Positions 63,297 through 64,000 of a DNA stretch of 64,000 nucleotides are shown here, piece by piece. This DNA comes from Octopus sinensis. Lineage: Eukaryota. The position numbers and the translations under genes were made by a program. The DNA lies in the NCBI RefSeq assembly GCF_006345805.1, contig NC_043014.1, positions 8,928,001-8,992,000 on the forward strand, read 5' to 3'. How positions within the stretch are numbered: the first letter of the stretch is position 1; each line of letters opens with the position of its first letter. The notes below the pieces were generated by a model. It did no database searches. It had not been told where the DNA came from and worked only from the letters and a program-made list of their open reading frames with translations.

Positions 63297-63694
63297 TCTT
63301 TATATATAAAAGAGAGGTTGTGTGCTGTCTGTCTCCTACGATTTAGATTCCTAACTACTCCCACATTTTGCGGTGCAGTTTAACCAAAACCGGGTATCTT
63401 ATAGTCGTGATTCATATCGAGCCCTTCTGGGTATTAGCGCTCGTCTACGATGAGTCTACGATTTAAAAAAAAATTTACCATCAATTTTTCCCATTTTCAA
63501 TGCATTTTTTGGCATATATAAGGGAAGTAACTCTCTAAAAATTTATCATTAAATCTCAGAACGTAAAAAGCTACAGTAACATCCTCCCCTTTGTGGTTAG
63601 CTATATTGAGATGGCTATTATACTTTACATCTCTAAAAATGCTTATATAGTTATTTCCCTTACAAACCCGAGCAACGCCGGGCGATACTGCTAA
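63297..63694 (+). mobile_element. Non-autonomous Helitron, both ends intact
   Basis: A|TCTTTATATATAAAAG ... CCCGAGCAACGCCGGG hairpin, 8 nt, CTAA|T; 5' part shared with the 27793 element. Confidence 0.85.
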
Positions 63695-64000
63695 TATTAA
63701 TACTATTTTCAATGAAATTCTCTCTCTCTCCCTAATCAACGCACTTTATATGATACAACTATTAAATGATACAACTATTAAATCTACTTAGATAATTAAA
63801 TGAAATACAGTTATTTAGCACGTGAGTATAAATGATAAAAATTTATTATCGTATATACATAGGCGTAGGATTGGCTGTGTAGTAAGTAATTTGCTTACGA
63901 ACCACATGGTTCCGGGTTCAGTCCCACTGCGTGGCACCTTGGGCAAGTGTCTTCTACTAAAGCCTCGGGCAGACCAAGACTTGTGAGTGGATTGGTAGAC

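Overview
AT-rich, repeat-dominated animal genomic DNA. The repeat families and dense (TA)n/(CA)n/(GGT)n/(CAT)n tracts point to an Octopus genome; this is recognition, not a database result. No intact multi-exon gene can be supported; the best candidate is a possible first coding exon at 12453-12545. Most 'ORFs' in the track are translations of microsatellites or SINEs. Recognisable elements: a Penelope-like (PLE) RT-thumb/GIY-YIG remnant, a decayed Tc1/mariner (maT-like) transposase, an RTE LINE 3' part with a PHD-type finger plus many solo RTE tails, and 3' fragments of CR1-like, L1/Tx1-like and R4/Dong-like LINEs. There are also about 25 copies of one tRNA-derived SINE, three further SINE families, non-autonomous Helitrons, hAT and piggyBac MITEs, several fold-backs and a 100-N gap. 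The most notable signal is a set of minimal type-I hammerhead ribozyme motifs, which I folded by hand. One (53179-53223) is the tail of a tRNA-headed SINE-like element with three related segments in the window, showing inverted sequence at the 5' head at two loci. Another with a fully canonical core (60864-60906, minus) lies between 51-bp inverted repeats in a (TA)n-embedded mini-element. Together they suggest PLE-mobilised ribozyme-bearing non-autonomous retroelements. Ribozyme activity and novelty are untested. Some duplications differ by homopolymer-type indels and may be assembly noise.
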